A DNA stretch of 64,000 bases from NCBI GenBank assembly GCA_946965045.2, contig OX337228.1, positions 4,154,001 through 4,218,000 of the forward strand, read 5' to 3'. A program made the translations under genes and the position numbers. This DNA comes from Epithemia pelagica (Eukaryota; Protista; Bacillariophyta). The notes under the pieces are model-generated. The model saw only the letters and a program-made list of their open reading frames with translations. It did not search any database and had not been told where the DNA came from. Position 1 is the first letter of the stretch. Each line of letters begins with the position of its first letter. Positions 23,817 to 35,532 of this stretch are shown here, in pieces.

Positions 23817-25385
23817 ATGAGTCGAAGACCTTCTCCAACGATGGAATTGCGTTGTCGGAAGAGGCCCCTCTCTACCTCGGTTTTCGCTGTTGCCCTCGTA
23901 CTATCAACGACCGCTTCTACAGTAGTACAAGGATCGGAGGATGTAGACTGCGGTCCCAGTCTTTCCTGCCAGAATGGTGGCTTGTGTAAACAAGGCGATG
24001 CATCCTGGCCTGGAACAACTGCTGGCAATCGTCTTCCCTCTTCCTTGAATGGGACAAATGTTGAGGGTCACTATTGTGAATGCGCGCCAGTAAGCACTAG
24101 TGGAAGATCCTTCACTGGATTGAGCTGTGAAATTCCGTACCAAGAATGCCGCTACACTTCAGGGTTTGCAGTTTGTTACCATGGTGGAAGCTGCTTGGAC
24201 GAAGCTCCCACCAGTTGGGATGACAATTCACCCGTGTGCAATTGTGGCACGGCAGATCTTGACGGAGCACAATATGGGGGAAGAAACTGCGAAGTTGTGA
24301 CCAACCAGCCCAATCCATGTCAAGAGTACGAGTCCTACTGTATGAATGGGGGTGTCTGTAGCAATGAGCCAGACCCTACGACGGGCTTCCACTGTCAGTG
24401 CCCTCCAGGCTTCACTGGCCGACAGTGCCAAACTGCTGTGGTCAAGCCACAGGGTGATTGTAATTTGAAATGCCACCACGACGGAGTCTGTCAGTTCACA
24501 CCAACAACTGCTGAAGGGGAAAACCAGCCTTTGTGGGGTTCATTGGACGGCATGTACTGTCAATGCTTGACAGGATTTTCTGGAGTACAATGTGAGCACA
24601 TTGCTCAACAGTGCGGAGATGAACTTGTGTGTCTCCATGGGTCAACTTGCTTTGAGATAACAGAGCAAAACAAGTTCGAGTGTCGCTGTGCCCCTTCTGA
24701 TTACTACATTGGAGGCGTGTGTATTAGTGGCAGCGACGAAACTTCAGGAACTACGGGGGATCAATTGTCCACCAGGACTGACCATTCGCGTGTGACTCAC
24801 TGTAATCCAACAAGTGAAATGGAATTTATTTACGGCATGGCCATTCCCTCGTTTTGTGCCAATGGCGGAACCTGTCGAGAAGAACTGATCGATGGCTTGC
24901 TGTAAGTTAAAATTACCCAAGTGTCGCTCCATGGCATATGCTTGCAATTGTATTGTCTGACCTGCCCTTCATGGGAATCTCGTAGACTTTCAGCGTGTGA
25001 TTGTCCGGCTTCGTTCACCGGTCCTCATTGTGAATACGTGCGTTCCGCGTCGGATGGCAGGGAAGCCAACGCAGATTCCTCTGATAATTCTACGTCAAGC
25101 GGTGATTCTTTCATGAAGGATCGCCTGGTGGCCAACATTATCATGCTGACGATTTGTTCGTTGGGATTCATGTGGGTTGTCCGGGAGGCAGTGCGAAAGT
25201 ATATTGCGAAACGAAGGCAACAAGAAGCCGTTGTTCTCAATTTGCAGAGTTTCCGTGAAGAAAACCAGGGTGCTGTATCGGCAAATGGATCAATGTTATT
25301 TCCGTCGGCGATGAATCACCAAAGAAGTACTTCTGGTGGTCAATTCACTATGGAAGAGCTCATGCACGATGTTGAAATCACGTAA
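23817..25385 (+). CDS. EGF-like repeat single-pass membrane protein 2 (6 EGF-like units); 2 exons (23817-24901, 24986-25385), 494 aa
   Basis: Signal-like VFAVALVLSTTA, EGF-like units, TM helix LVANIIMLTICSLGFMWVV. An 84-nt GTAAGT...TAG intron restores the frame. Confidence 0.85.
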
Positions 25386-25778
25386 GGCGATATGTTTGTG
25401 ATGATACATCATGGTATTCTCTTTCATGAGGTGTGGTTAATTTTCTGCAAACAAAAGTTTCAACTCTCAGCCGTACACGATTCACGATGGTCGTTTCATT
25501 CTAGTTCTGCGACTATATCATTTCTTCAGGAAAGTGATGAGGTCCTGGTCCTAAACTTCTAAGACCTGTGCTTATTGCGCATTGAATTGTTTCTAGAACC
25601 GACGTGGATGTCGTTCCATGCACGGGACTCCTGATGGGTTTGCAACTATGTGCTAAGGTTACTATGGTTAGCAAGGTGGATGAGATAGGAGTTGAATGTG
25701 GGGGTGTCTTTATCAGAAGAAATGGGGGGAGCCCACCCGCCCCTCAATCAAATGGCACCATAATCCGTCATTTGTTTC

Positions 25779-26615
25779 ATGTTAGCAGCAGATCATCGAG
25801 ACAAGGCTCAAATGCAAAGCTCTTCGAATCTAGACAATACATTAGAAGCGAAAAACGATAGCGAGAATGATAGCAATAACAAAGTTGATCCAATCACAGC
25901 TTTGCAAGATGGAATTGATGGCCTTTCGTTAGCCATGTTTGAAGCCTTGCGCGGCTTGCGAGACGCAGTAGCACCGGAATCAGGTAATCTTGGTGGCAAC
26001 AACGACGACTCGGACAACGCCGAATCCAAGGATCCTAACAATAATGGTGGTACCAACGTAAAAAATAATGCAAATGCACCTCAGCATCCAGACTTGGAAG
26101 ATCTATGGCAGCTTTATCGACAAGGTGACGAAGATGCTGTGTCCTTCATCAAAAGCGCTATCTTTGAGTTCAAAATTCCGAGATTTCCAAATGGACCCAT
26201 GCCTCAATCTCGGGACCAAGTGGCATCGATTCTCGCAAAAATGGAGCAAAGCCGAGACACCGAATTGGTGCTTAGATTGGCCAAGACTGTTTTAGATAAG
26301 AGTCGTTGGATTGATGATCAAGTTGATAATCACATTCCCGGTATGTGTCGAACCATGGCAATGCAACAAGGACGGATCCGAGAGCTCCTTGAAGAGAACG
26401 CTGCGATTGTCAAGGAACTACAGATGGCATATGATGACGCTCTTCATAAAAGAAATGCGTGTCGTTTGTTTGTACAAATAAATACGTGTCGAGCTTTGGA
26501 TATAGCAGAAGACACCAACGTAACAAACTCGATGACTGTCCCTGTTTCTACGTCAACGAAATCAATGACGAACGACGCTGAAGATGCCCCGGTTCCTGGT
26601 AGAATCGAGACATAG
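25779..26615 (+). CDS. MED21: Mediator subunit Med21-like protein
   Basis: DPITALQDGIDGLSLAMFEAL and LAKTVLDKSRWIDDQVDNHIPG...QQGRIRELLEEN parallel the two conserved Med21/Srb7 helical blocks. The start codon is uncertain. Confidence 0.7.
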   Translation: MLAADHRDKAQMQSSSNLDNTLEAKNDSENDSNNKVDPITALQDGIDGLSLAMFEALRGLRDAVAPESGNLGGNNDDSDNAESKDPNNNGGTNVKNNANAPQHPDLEDLWQLYRQGDEDAVSFIKSAIFEFKIPRFPNGPMPQSRDQVASILAKMEQSRDTELVLRLAKTVLDKSRWIDDQVDNHIPGMCRTMAMQQGRIRELLEENAAIVKELQMAYDDALHKRNACRLFVQINTCRALDIAEDTNVTNSMTVPVSTSTKSMTNDAEDAPVPGRIET

Positions 26616-27107
26616 TGATACGGATGTCACCTTTTCGCCTAAGAGTACTATGAAGATGCTTTGCCGTGATGGTTGCTTGTCCCCTCTAGGAGTAGCTTCT
26701 TGTCGAAAGCTTACAATAGGTACTCCTGGCTCTGCCCTAAAGGAGCAGGTAGGTCCTCCTACGTCCTACTCCTAGTTACTACTTACCTTTTCAATGGTGA
26801 AGTCTTGGATATGCCGACTGCGGCCATCAAGAATCAAGATGGCACGACCCAATAAGCTTGCAATGTCCTATTGTGGGGGATTTTGAAATTTAGAAATCTT
26901 GACAGGAGTGCGCATCGAGATAGGAGGGAGTGTTTCCCACTCCCCATTTCACTGTAACAGATTTTGTACCATGATTGTCGAACACGATACAGAGACAATA
27001 AACACGACTGTGTGAGAAATGACAGTCCTAGAACGCACTCTTTTCTAATTTCATGGAGTCGATGTAACCGAGATCTTTCTACCTTGAACAACCAAGAAGA
27101 GCGGACA

Positions 27108-29476
27108 ATGAGAACTATGCTGGCGGTTGCAACATCTGTAGCAGCTTTTCTTACGTTGTCAACAATTGAAGTCCGCGCGGATCCTGCCGACATTTCATGC
27201 GGCACCCTTCTTTGCAAGCACGCTACTGCATGCATCAACGATGCGGCGGAATTCGAAAGTCACCGGTTACCAGATGGTAGTTTGTTGGATATTCATTCTG
27301 AAACAAGTGATACACACTGCCAGTGTATTTCGGGATGGACGGGTCTGGCATGTGATGTACCGTTCGAATCTTGCGATGGATCAACACACAAGTGCTAGTA
27401 AGAAGAAAGAAACGCGCCATATTGTTCTATGAGACTTTTTCGTCGTTCTTATAAGAGACCTCTTTTTCTTTCCAGCCATGGGGGACAGTGCATCTTGGGT
27501 TTAATTGATAAATATGACAATGAACAGCTCTATTGTAACTGCGACAGTGCATGGGATGGCCAAGCACGATATGGTAAGGTACCCAGGCTTGGAGCTTGCA
27601 AAGTGACGACCGATTCTCATAATTGATGTTGATTTGCCCCATGTGCAGTCGGAAAGTACTGTGAACAAAAGTCAATAGATTTGTGCGATCCAAACGATAG
27701 TACGCGCTTTTGCTTGAACGGTGGAAATTGCAATTCCCAGTATCCGTGAGTGATGGCCTACGACCATTAGGGACATATTTTATGTTGCGTTTACTGACGC
27801 TGTTGTGTCATTATTTCCCTCATTTGTTTTCGATCTTGAAGAACGGCTGGAAAAGCATGTATTTGCGAGGAAGGTTTTAAGGGCCCTCACTGTGAATACA
27901 AGGACGAGGAGGTGCCCGACTGCGATTTGATTTGCAAGAATGGCGGGCACTGCATTTTGGGTACACCATCGGCGCAAGATTTGGATCAGTATTCAGGTTT
28001 CTGGGGCATCAATGAAGCTGCCAATCAACTAAAACAGTTTTGCCGCTGCGAGCCAGGATGGCATGGGCAACATTGTGAAATTCCAGCGACGCCCTGTGGC
28101 GACGATGTTTGTTTCCATGATTCAAAATGCACGGAAAGTAGTGTGAATGGCAAAGTTTTGCATCATTGTGACTGTAGATTCTCGAATCAGGGATCTTTCA
28201 GTTATGCTGGTCGTTTCTGCCAATATGAAGCCAATATGTATTGCGACAAGGGAAAAGACAGCCATATTAACGGACATTTATTTTGCGTCAACGGTGGAAA
28301 ATGTCAGGAAGACACTTACATGGGGTGCATATGTCCTGAGGGATACCGTGGATTTTCGTGCGAGTACCATGTTGCTGAGGATCTGACTCCAGAAGCTGCT
28401 GCCAACTCAACCCAACCGTTTGATCCTGTTCAACATACTGGGTGCTCATTACAATGCAATGGACGAGGAACCTGTCGTGATGGGATTAAGGACGTCAACG
28501 ATGAACAGTATGGTTCCGCAGAACATTTAAGCAATGATACAGCATTGTCGTCAGAGCAGTTTGAACATTGTGTTTGTCAACCGGGCTGGACTGGTTTGAA
28601 TTGTGAACACGAGGCCATGGAATGTGCCGGAGGGGCTTACAATTGCTTTCATGGAGGTAAATGCTACACTGGAGGCGACGAGAAAAAATGCGATTGTTCG
28701 ACTGCAAGTAGCACGGAACTAGACACGAACACCTTTGGAGGCGACCAATGTCAGCATCCTGCTACGGAAATCTGCACGGAGAATAGTGACACCGTCAGCT
28801 ACAATCCCTCCCAGGGTCTGTCGTTTTGCGTGAACTATGGGACTTGCAAAAAGAAAGTCCGCGAAGGAGAGCCGTAAGTAACACGTGACATATATGAAGC
28901 CTTGTTGATTTTTCTGAGCTCACCCGTTGTACTTTCAAATACAGGCACCCTGGTTGCAATTGTAACAAGACTATATGGACTGGACCCCACTGCGAAATTA
29001 AGATAGCAGCCCCGGTTCCGTCACCTAGTGGTTCAAACGCCAACATGAACAACGACGATTCGAAGAAGAGTGCTTTCGAAATCGCCATGATCATTGTCAT
29101 TGTTATCGTTCTCATACCATTTGGTATTTTCACCATTCGCCAGTGCTACATCGATCGCCGGAAGAAAGCGCAAGATAACGCAGATCCTTACGCTCGTCGT
29201 TTGAGAGAAAGTAGCCAAGAGGGTTACCGTGACGAACCTGCTAACCTCAATCTGGCACCGCGAAGATCCTCGTCAATGATGAACGAAGAAGAAACCGCGC
29301 ATCTTGCGTCTTCATCCCGGGATCCATTTGCTTCTCATTTAGTTATGAACCCGCAGCAGATGCCTCCAGCACCCGTGTTCGGCGGAGCAAGTCCAACTGA
29401 TGGGGGACCACAGGTCGACTTGGGTCCACCACAAGATGAAGACGGACACGTCTTGCACAGCGTTGATATTCTATAG
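27108..29476 (+). CDS. EGF-like repeat single-pass membrane protein 3 (9 EGF-like units); 5 exons (27108-27397, 27476-27573, 27649-27745, 27842-28873, 28945-29476), 682 aa
   Basis: Signal peptide MRTMLAVATSVAAFLTLSTIEVRA. Four GT-AG introns give one continuous frame of Cys-patterned EGF-like units. TM helix IAMIIVIVIVLIPFGIFTI and a short tail. Confidence 0.85.
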
Positions 29477-29584
29477 TTACACTTTCATAGTTGATACTAA
29501 AATTGTTTTGTGGCTTGAATGACTTCAAAGCTGTGAGTGGTGTTTGTCATATCCTCCAATAGAGAAGTCCCGGAACAAGAAAAG

Positions 29585-29725
29585 TAGGAGTACCTACTCC
29601 TAGCTAGTATGGGCATCGTGAACAGATAACAGATGTACTTCTAGGAACCGCCCATGTCAATACCTAGTTTCTAGAACTACTCCTACTCCTATCTCTACTA
29701 GTGAGGGAGAGGAGTAGTAGGAGTA
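29585..29725. promoter_or_regulatory. Dense cluster of the intergenic TAGGAGTA/TACTCCTA motif, including a perfect 8-bp inverted repeat
   Basis: Copies at 29585, 29595 (TAGGAGTA-cc-TACTCCTA), 29678, 29684 and 29718, between EGF gene 3 and AP-2 alpha. Function is inferred only. Confidence 0.45.
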
Positions 29726-30015
29726 GATGTAGCGTGCTGTCAGATTCAAGGGAGGGTAGTGGGAGTAGCTTGGTCTTTGGTGATTTTCAAAAGTTACTCA
29801 CGCCCTTAGAGAAGATTTAGTAGACTCGAAGAAAGAGTACAAAACCTAAACCCAAACGGACACAGAAAAAGCGAAAAATGCCACACAAAATCACAGAAAA
29901 AGCCATTGTGCTTCGTGCAAGACATAATTACGCTGTCAAGCGTTGCCAAAGCTTTCGAATCAGGTGAAGGAGACAACAGACCTCAGGGTCTCCATGGCAA
30001 CAGAGCGCTTCCACC

Positions 30016-33000
30016 ATGAGCACGCAGGCAAGAGGACTTCAAAACTTCATTTCTGATTTACGGAACGCAAAAGGAAAGGTAAGCTCCACGAAAACTGCCA
30101 TGGTGCAACCACGGTGGACTTCGAAACCCGATTACTACCCATCGGTAGATAGACGTCTTGTGCGCGTCGGCTGCGACATATTCCTTGTATGAGCCAATAC
30201 TTTGGTACTAGAGTTTCTGTCTAATTTGATCGCACGGTCATTAAAGTGTGATGGGGAGTCCTTCGTTCACGGTCTTTGGTGTTTGGTGGGCTCTGGATGA
30301 CTGCGTCTGTTGTCTTTATTGTTGTTCGACAATGATGAAGGTCATTTGAACATATCTAACACATTTACGTTACAGGAGGATGAGAAGAAACGTGTGGATA
30401 AGGAGCTGGCGAACATTCGGAAACAGTTCACACCGAAAGGTGGGAAAATGGCGGATGACGGAAGCAACCCCAACCTTTCATCATATCAACGAAAGAAGTA
30501 TGTTTGGAAACTTGTTTATATCCACATTTTGGGATATGATGTAGATTTTGGTCATGCTGAGGTTATGGTTTTGTTACGATCGCCCAAATATTCCGAGAAA
30601 AACGTTGGTTATACGGCACTGAGTCTTTTGATTCGGAGTGATGATCCTCTGATGAAGTCTATTCGCCCCACAATGGTAAAGGATTTAACCCAGCCAACTC
30701 CGCCAGGAGGGAAGAACAGTGCACCGATAGATGCGATACAATGTCTTGCTTTGTGTGCGTCGGCGAATATTTCTGGGCTTGAATTGATTCAGTCCTTGCA
30801 CACTGAAGTACTGCAAACTCTAATGGCAAAGTCTTCGACTCCACAGGTGAAAAAGAAGGCCGCGCTGTGTCTACTTCGTCTGGTTCGGACAGGTGCAAAG
30901 GTGATATCTGGAAGAGAGTTCGCTCCGCAGGTTGCTCAACTTTTACAGGATCGTCATTTAGGAGTTCTGACCAGTGCCATGAGTCTACTGTATGGACTTG
31001 CATCGCAAACGTCTAATGAATACGAGAGCTTGATTCCTTATGCTGTCCATATTCTGGGAATGCTTGTGTTGAAAAAAGCATGCGCACGGGAATATTTGTA
31101 TTACCGAACTCCTAGTCCATGGCTTCAAATTAAGTTGCTCAAGTTCTTGCAGCTTTATCCACAGGCTCTCAATGCTGGTCAGGAGAATGGGGCGGCAAAG
31201 GAGGCTCCGGCAGGAAATGGCGGTGCTCACATATCTCAGCTTACCAGCATCATATCCAAGATTTTGACCGAGACGGACGTTTCTGATTCTATTAACAAAT
31301 CAAACGCTGATCATGCAATTCTTTTCGAAGCTGTGAATCTTATTGTGTGCTGGGGCGCAAGTGGACCTGCTCAATTGCGTGAGGGTGCCATGAAACTTCT
31401 CGGAAAATTTATTTCGGTGCGAGAACCAAATATTCGGTATCTTGGTCTTCTCACCATGGCTCAACTCGCTCAACTGGAGGGAAGTGCAGAATCCATCAAG
31501 AAACACCAAGCCACCGTTCTGGTGTCTCTGAAAGATGCTGATATCAGTGTTCGTCGACGTGCTTTGGACCTTTTGTTTGTTATGTGTGACACTGACAATG
31601 CTGAAAGAATTGTTGATGAACTTGTAGCCCACCTTGCTCTCGCAGACGCTGCAATTCGGGAAGAAATGGTTCTTAAGATCGCAATTTTGGCTGAAAAATA
31701 TGCCACTGACTTGCGTTGGTATGTTGACACAATATTGAAGCTTATTTCTATCAGCGGAGACCATGTCAGTGATGCCATTTGGCACCGTGTTGTCCAGATT
31801 GTTACGAATCACCCACAAGGCGATTTGCAGGCATACACAGCGGCCACTTTGCTCGTCGCAGCCAGTCCGCGGCGTTGCCACGTCAATGCTGTTCGAGTCG
31901 CTGCTTATATCTTGGGAGAGTTCGGCTTTTTAATTGCCGAGAGACCGGGAATGAGCGGGGAAGAACAGTTCCGTATTTTGAATCAGCACTGGCCAACATC
32001 AGATAACCAGACCCGCGCTATCCTCGTTAGTACATACGCGAAGCTTGCAAACTTGTACGAGGAATGTCGACCACTGGTAGCCCCTGTGTTTGCACGTTGT
32101 ACAAATAATGTTGATGTGGAAATTCAACAAAGAGCCGCAGAGTACTCGTCGATGCGTGAGGCGTTCAGTCCGGAGGCAGTGGAGGATTTGTTACGTGAGA
32201 TGCCTCCGTTTGAGGACAAGAAGCAAAGTGCGCTTGAACAGCGTCTGAGAGAAAAAGAGGGAGACAACAGTGCCGCAGTACAGAAAGCCGCGCGGCCAAG
32301 TATTGCTGAACGGAAGCGTGCTGCTCAGAGTGCTGCGACAGTTAAAGCTGTCGAAGAAGTTGCTGCGCAAGCGCAAGCTGAAACAGGGCCCATCGAATCT
32401 GATCCTGTCAGTCCCATGAGCGGTAAGTTCCAACCTACGAGAATTTATGCAACACATTTTCAGCCACTAATGCAAATGTGTGTTTGTTACAGACGGAAGC
32501 CCTGGAACTGCGAAGAAAGAGAAAACACAGAAAATTGGCATCCCGAAGGAGGTTATTCCAGCAATGCGGAAAGCGTTCTCGAATTTGTGCACGTCACCAT
32601 CTGGAGTGCTTTTTGAAAATGCATTATTGCAGGTCGGAGTCAAACACGAATATGTTGGAGCACAAGGTCGGATTTCTGTTTTCTTTGGAAACCTCAGTAA
32701 GACTCCATTGTCTCATTTCCGCGCGATTGTTGAAGAAGTTGATCATTTGCGGGTTCAGAAACAAGGAACGCAAGGATTATTGGACGAGGAAGAAGACGGT
32801 GGATGCACAGTTGCGGTACGGACACAGGCTAAGCTTCTTTTAATTGTGGAAGTGACAGCGCCTTTTGATGATGCACCTGCGATGAGAGTATCATTCGAAA
32901 CTCAAGAAGGAGAAGTTCACGAATACCCTCTGCGATTGCCGATCGTTGCGACATGTTTCATGGAACCTGTCACTCTGGAACCAGGTGCGTTTATGCAAAG

Positions 33001-33352
33001 ATGGAGGAGTTTGGAAGGACAAGACAGAGAATGTCAAGAAGTTGTAAAGGCTCCGCCAAACGCACCTCCCATAGATGAAGAATACATGAAACGCATTGCA
33101 CAGATTGTCACAGACGGACTAAAGTTTGGCCGGTGCCCTGGATGTGATCCAACTCCTTGGACTGTTTCCGGTGCCGCCACTTTTCGAACGGGCGCAAAGG
33201 ATATGAACGGAAACAATATCAATGTTGGCTGTCTCGTACGAGTTGAAGCGAATCCACAGGCTGGTGCATTCCGCGTCACGACAAGAACGTTACATCCTCT
33301 TTGTTCGACTGCCGTGAAGAATGTTGCACTTGTCAGTATCAAGTTGGCATGA
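30016..33352 (+). CDS. AP2A: AP-2 adaptor complex subunit alpha; 3 exons (30016-30078, 30376-32422, 32493-33352), 989 aa
   Basis: MSTQARGLQNFISDLRNAKGK|EDEKKRVDKELANIRKQF, YQRKKYVWKLVYIHILGYDVDFGH, EPNIRYLGL and DVEIQQRAAEY, plus a C-terminal appendage domain. Introns are 297 and 70 nt. Confidence 0.96.
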
Positions 33353-33583
33353 TGATGATGATGATAATAATAATGCTGTATTATGGAGGGACGCTATACA
33401 TTATTATGGTGGGAGCTGAGCATCCAGAGCATCCGTTCAAGTGATATAAAGATAATATTTACTGTTAGTTGATACAACTATGTGAGTGTTGTGCCGTAAT
33501 CTATCTCAAAGCTTGTGTTTGTAGCCAGTGTTTGTCACAATGATTGATGAGTAGAAATCATTTGAGTGCCTAGACAAGTGTGC

Positions 33584-35203
33584 TTAAATTTCGGCCAATC
33601 CTTCCGTGTCATGTTGTTGTCCAGATACCTTGGACGAGGGTCGTTTGAGAAGTCGTCTCGGCAAGGGTGTCATGAGAACGCCTTCCTCCTTTTCTGGTTG
33701 TTTCTTTAACCTACTGCTGTTGCTGCTGCTACCACCACTACCATTGTTGTTGTTGCTGCTGGAAGAATTGGAGGAGGGTTCTGTGGCGACAACAAGGGAC
33801 AAACCAACAAAGACCCCAAACATGCCAATCAAGGTTCCCATTCCAGGTTGCTCCAAGCATGCCTTCTTGGGGAAGGAGGAAGTAGAGCTTTCGTCTTGCT
33901 GCTGCTGTTGTGCCAGGCTGACACAGGAAGGAAAGATTTGAAGGTTGAGGAGTACGACGGTCAATGTGGCTGCCGTGACGGGTTGAAGAACGGAATATCC
34001 CATGACCAATGTGCCAGTGGCAAATTGATTGGCCCAGGTGAGGACGGCATAGGCCAAGACCGAATTGAACAAAATGTAGTAGGCCAATGGGAAGTAAGCG
34101 CCGGGTGGAATGGACCAATACGACAAGCAATCCGGACAGACCAAGGTCATGAATGGGACCGACTGGGAAGCAAGAATGGCAGCCACGGCCATGATGGCGG
34201 CGGCAATATTGTACGACCAGGCCGAAACAAACAAGGCCGGGTATATACGCATGGCGGGTTTGGAAAGAATGACATAGAGAGAAGTACACAAGCAATTGAT
34301 GAAAAAGAACAAGTTTCCCAACAAGCTTTTGAAACCAGTGTCATCGGTGGTGCTGGTGGAGGAAGCAGCTGATATGGGGACTGCCGCCATTCGACGTGCT
34401 GTCTGAGACAAGGAAGATTCGATCAATTCGGTAACGGAAGATGTGGATTCCGTGACTGCCGCTTCTTGTGTGGAAAGTACAACCATGGCAGCACAGCCGG
34501 CAAACGCTAACAAGACACCCAAGACTCGTTGCAAGCGAAAGGGTTCACGTCCGAGAAGCATGCAAATGGCAGCCGTAAGAACAGGTTGACTGGGTTGCCA
34601 GACGGCACAGGACACAGGTCCCGCCAACTTGATGCCCACAATCACGGATACTTGGTTGCCAAAAATCATGAGACCCAAAACGAGCAACCGAAGGACTCCT
34701 TCTTGACCACTGGGGAAATGCCAGGGCAACCATGCTGCTGTTTGCCAAAAGCGGGGACGAAAGAGAGATATTTGTTTGGAGGACTTGGACTGGGGAGAAG
34801 ACATTTCGGTGACATTGCTGGTAAGTAAGAGAGGCTCCGTCGTGTCGACCAGTTCCTCGTCCAATGGTCCTCGACCACCCGTACTGGTTTCTCGTTTGGA
34901 ACGAGTCGCAGCTGTGAAGAGCGTGGCTGCCACGAGCAAAATCGCTCCAGCGGCAATTTCTCGATAAAGGGCAAAGGCAAACGGGTTGCACGACGGTAAT
35001 CCCAAGGCCGCAACCACTCCTCCTGCTCCAAAGATGCATTGGACGGCCACGAGGGAACCATGGACGACCGTCTTTGGGGGTGCTGACGACGACGATGCTT
35101 GTGAAAGAGCAGGAGATGGGGCAACTGATGATGATGAGGTCATACTGGTGGTGGTGGATCCACTCGATGCAGTAGACAGGGATGCATCAACCATGGATAC
35201 CAT
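33584..35203 (-). CDS. EamA/DMT-superfamily transporter (WAT1-related-like)
   Basis: About 10 hydrophobic helices. FAFALYREIAAG, WQPSQPVLTAAICMLLGREP, YSVLQPVTAA. Start placed at the first ATG (MVSMVD). Confidence 0.85.
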   Translation of the reverse strand: MVSMVDASLSTASSGSTTTSMTSSSSVAPSPALSQASSSSAPPKTVVHGSLVAVQCIFGAGGVVAALGLPSCNPFAFALYREIAAGAILLVAATLFTAATRSKRETSTGGRGPLDEELVDTTEPLLLTSNVTEMSSPQSKSSKQISLFRPRFWQTAAWLPWHFPSGQEGVLRLLVLGLMIFGNQVSVIVGIKLAGPVSCAVWQPSQPVLTAAICMLLGREPFRLQRVLGVLLAFAGCAAMVVLSTQEAAVTESTSSVTELIESSLSQTARRMAAVPISAASSTSTTDDTGFKSLLGNLFFFINCLCTSLYVILSKPAMRIYPALFVSAWSYNIAAAIMAVAAILASQSVPFMTLVCPDCLSYWSIPPGAYFPLAYYILFNSVLAYAVLTWANQFATGTLVMGYSVLQPVTAATLTVVLLNLQIFPSCVSLAQQQQQDESSTSSFPKKACLEQPGMGTLIGMFGVFVGLSLVVATEPSSNSSSSNNNNGSGGSSSNSSRLKKQPEKEEGVLMTPLPRRLLKRPSSKVSGQQHDTEGLAEI

Positions 35204-35532
35204 GTTACGATCGTAGCCTCTTCGTCTTTGTCTTGCCTTCTCTCTTTGCTCAGAGAACAAAAGAAAAAATGAATAGATATCTACAGAAAGAAAAAAGCCT
35301 CTGTTCCGTGCTTTGTGCGTTGTGCGGCTTCCCCCAAGAGAAAAAAATGGGCTCGCGCTCGCGCATCTGGTGACGCGTGACGGACAGACTCAATGAATGA
35401 ATGAAGATTCACCAACTTTGAACTTCCAACTTCCAACCCCAAGCCCCATGTTTTTTCTCTTGTGGGATCTTTTCTCGATTCCCACCTGCTCACTTTATCT
35501 GCTCCCGAGAGAGGCATCTGTCATCTCTGACG

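Noticed and set aside
29585-29725. Repeat cluster considered as a CRISPR-like array
   Set aside because: The units are only 8 bp, irregularly spaced, with no unique spacers of constant length and no cas genes. The context is eukaryotic.
30079-30375. Unusually long first intron of AP-2 alpha as a possible snoRNA host
   Set aside because: A box C-like ATGATGA is present near the 3' end, but there is no downstream CTGA box D or terminal stem.
30310-33352. Apparent frameshift or split in AP-2 alpha; similar splits in POR, VAMP7, PHGDH, DnaJ and the EGF genes
   Set aside because: All are explained by canonical GT-AG introns that restore the frame. They are not pseudogenes or recoding events.
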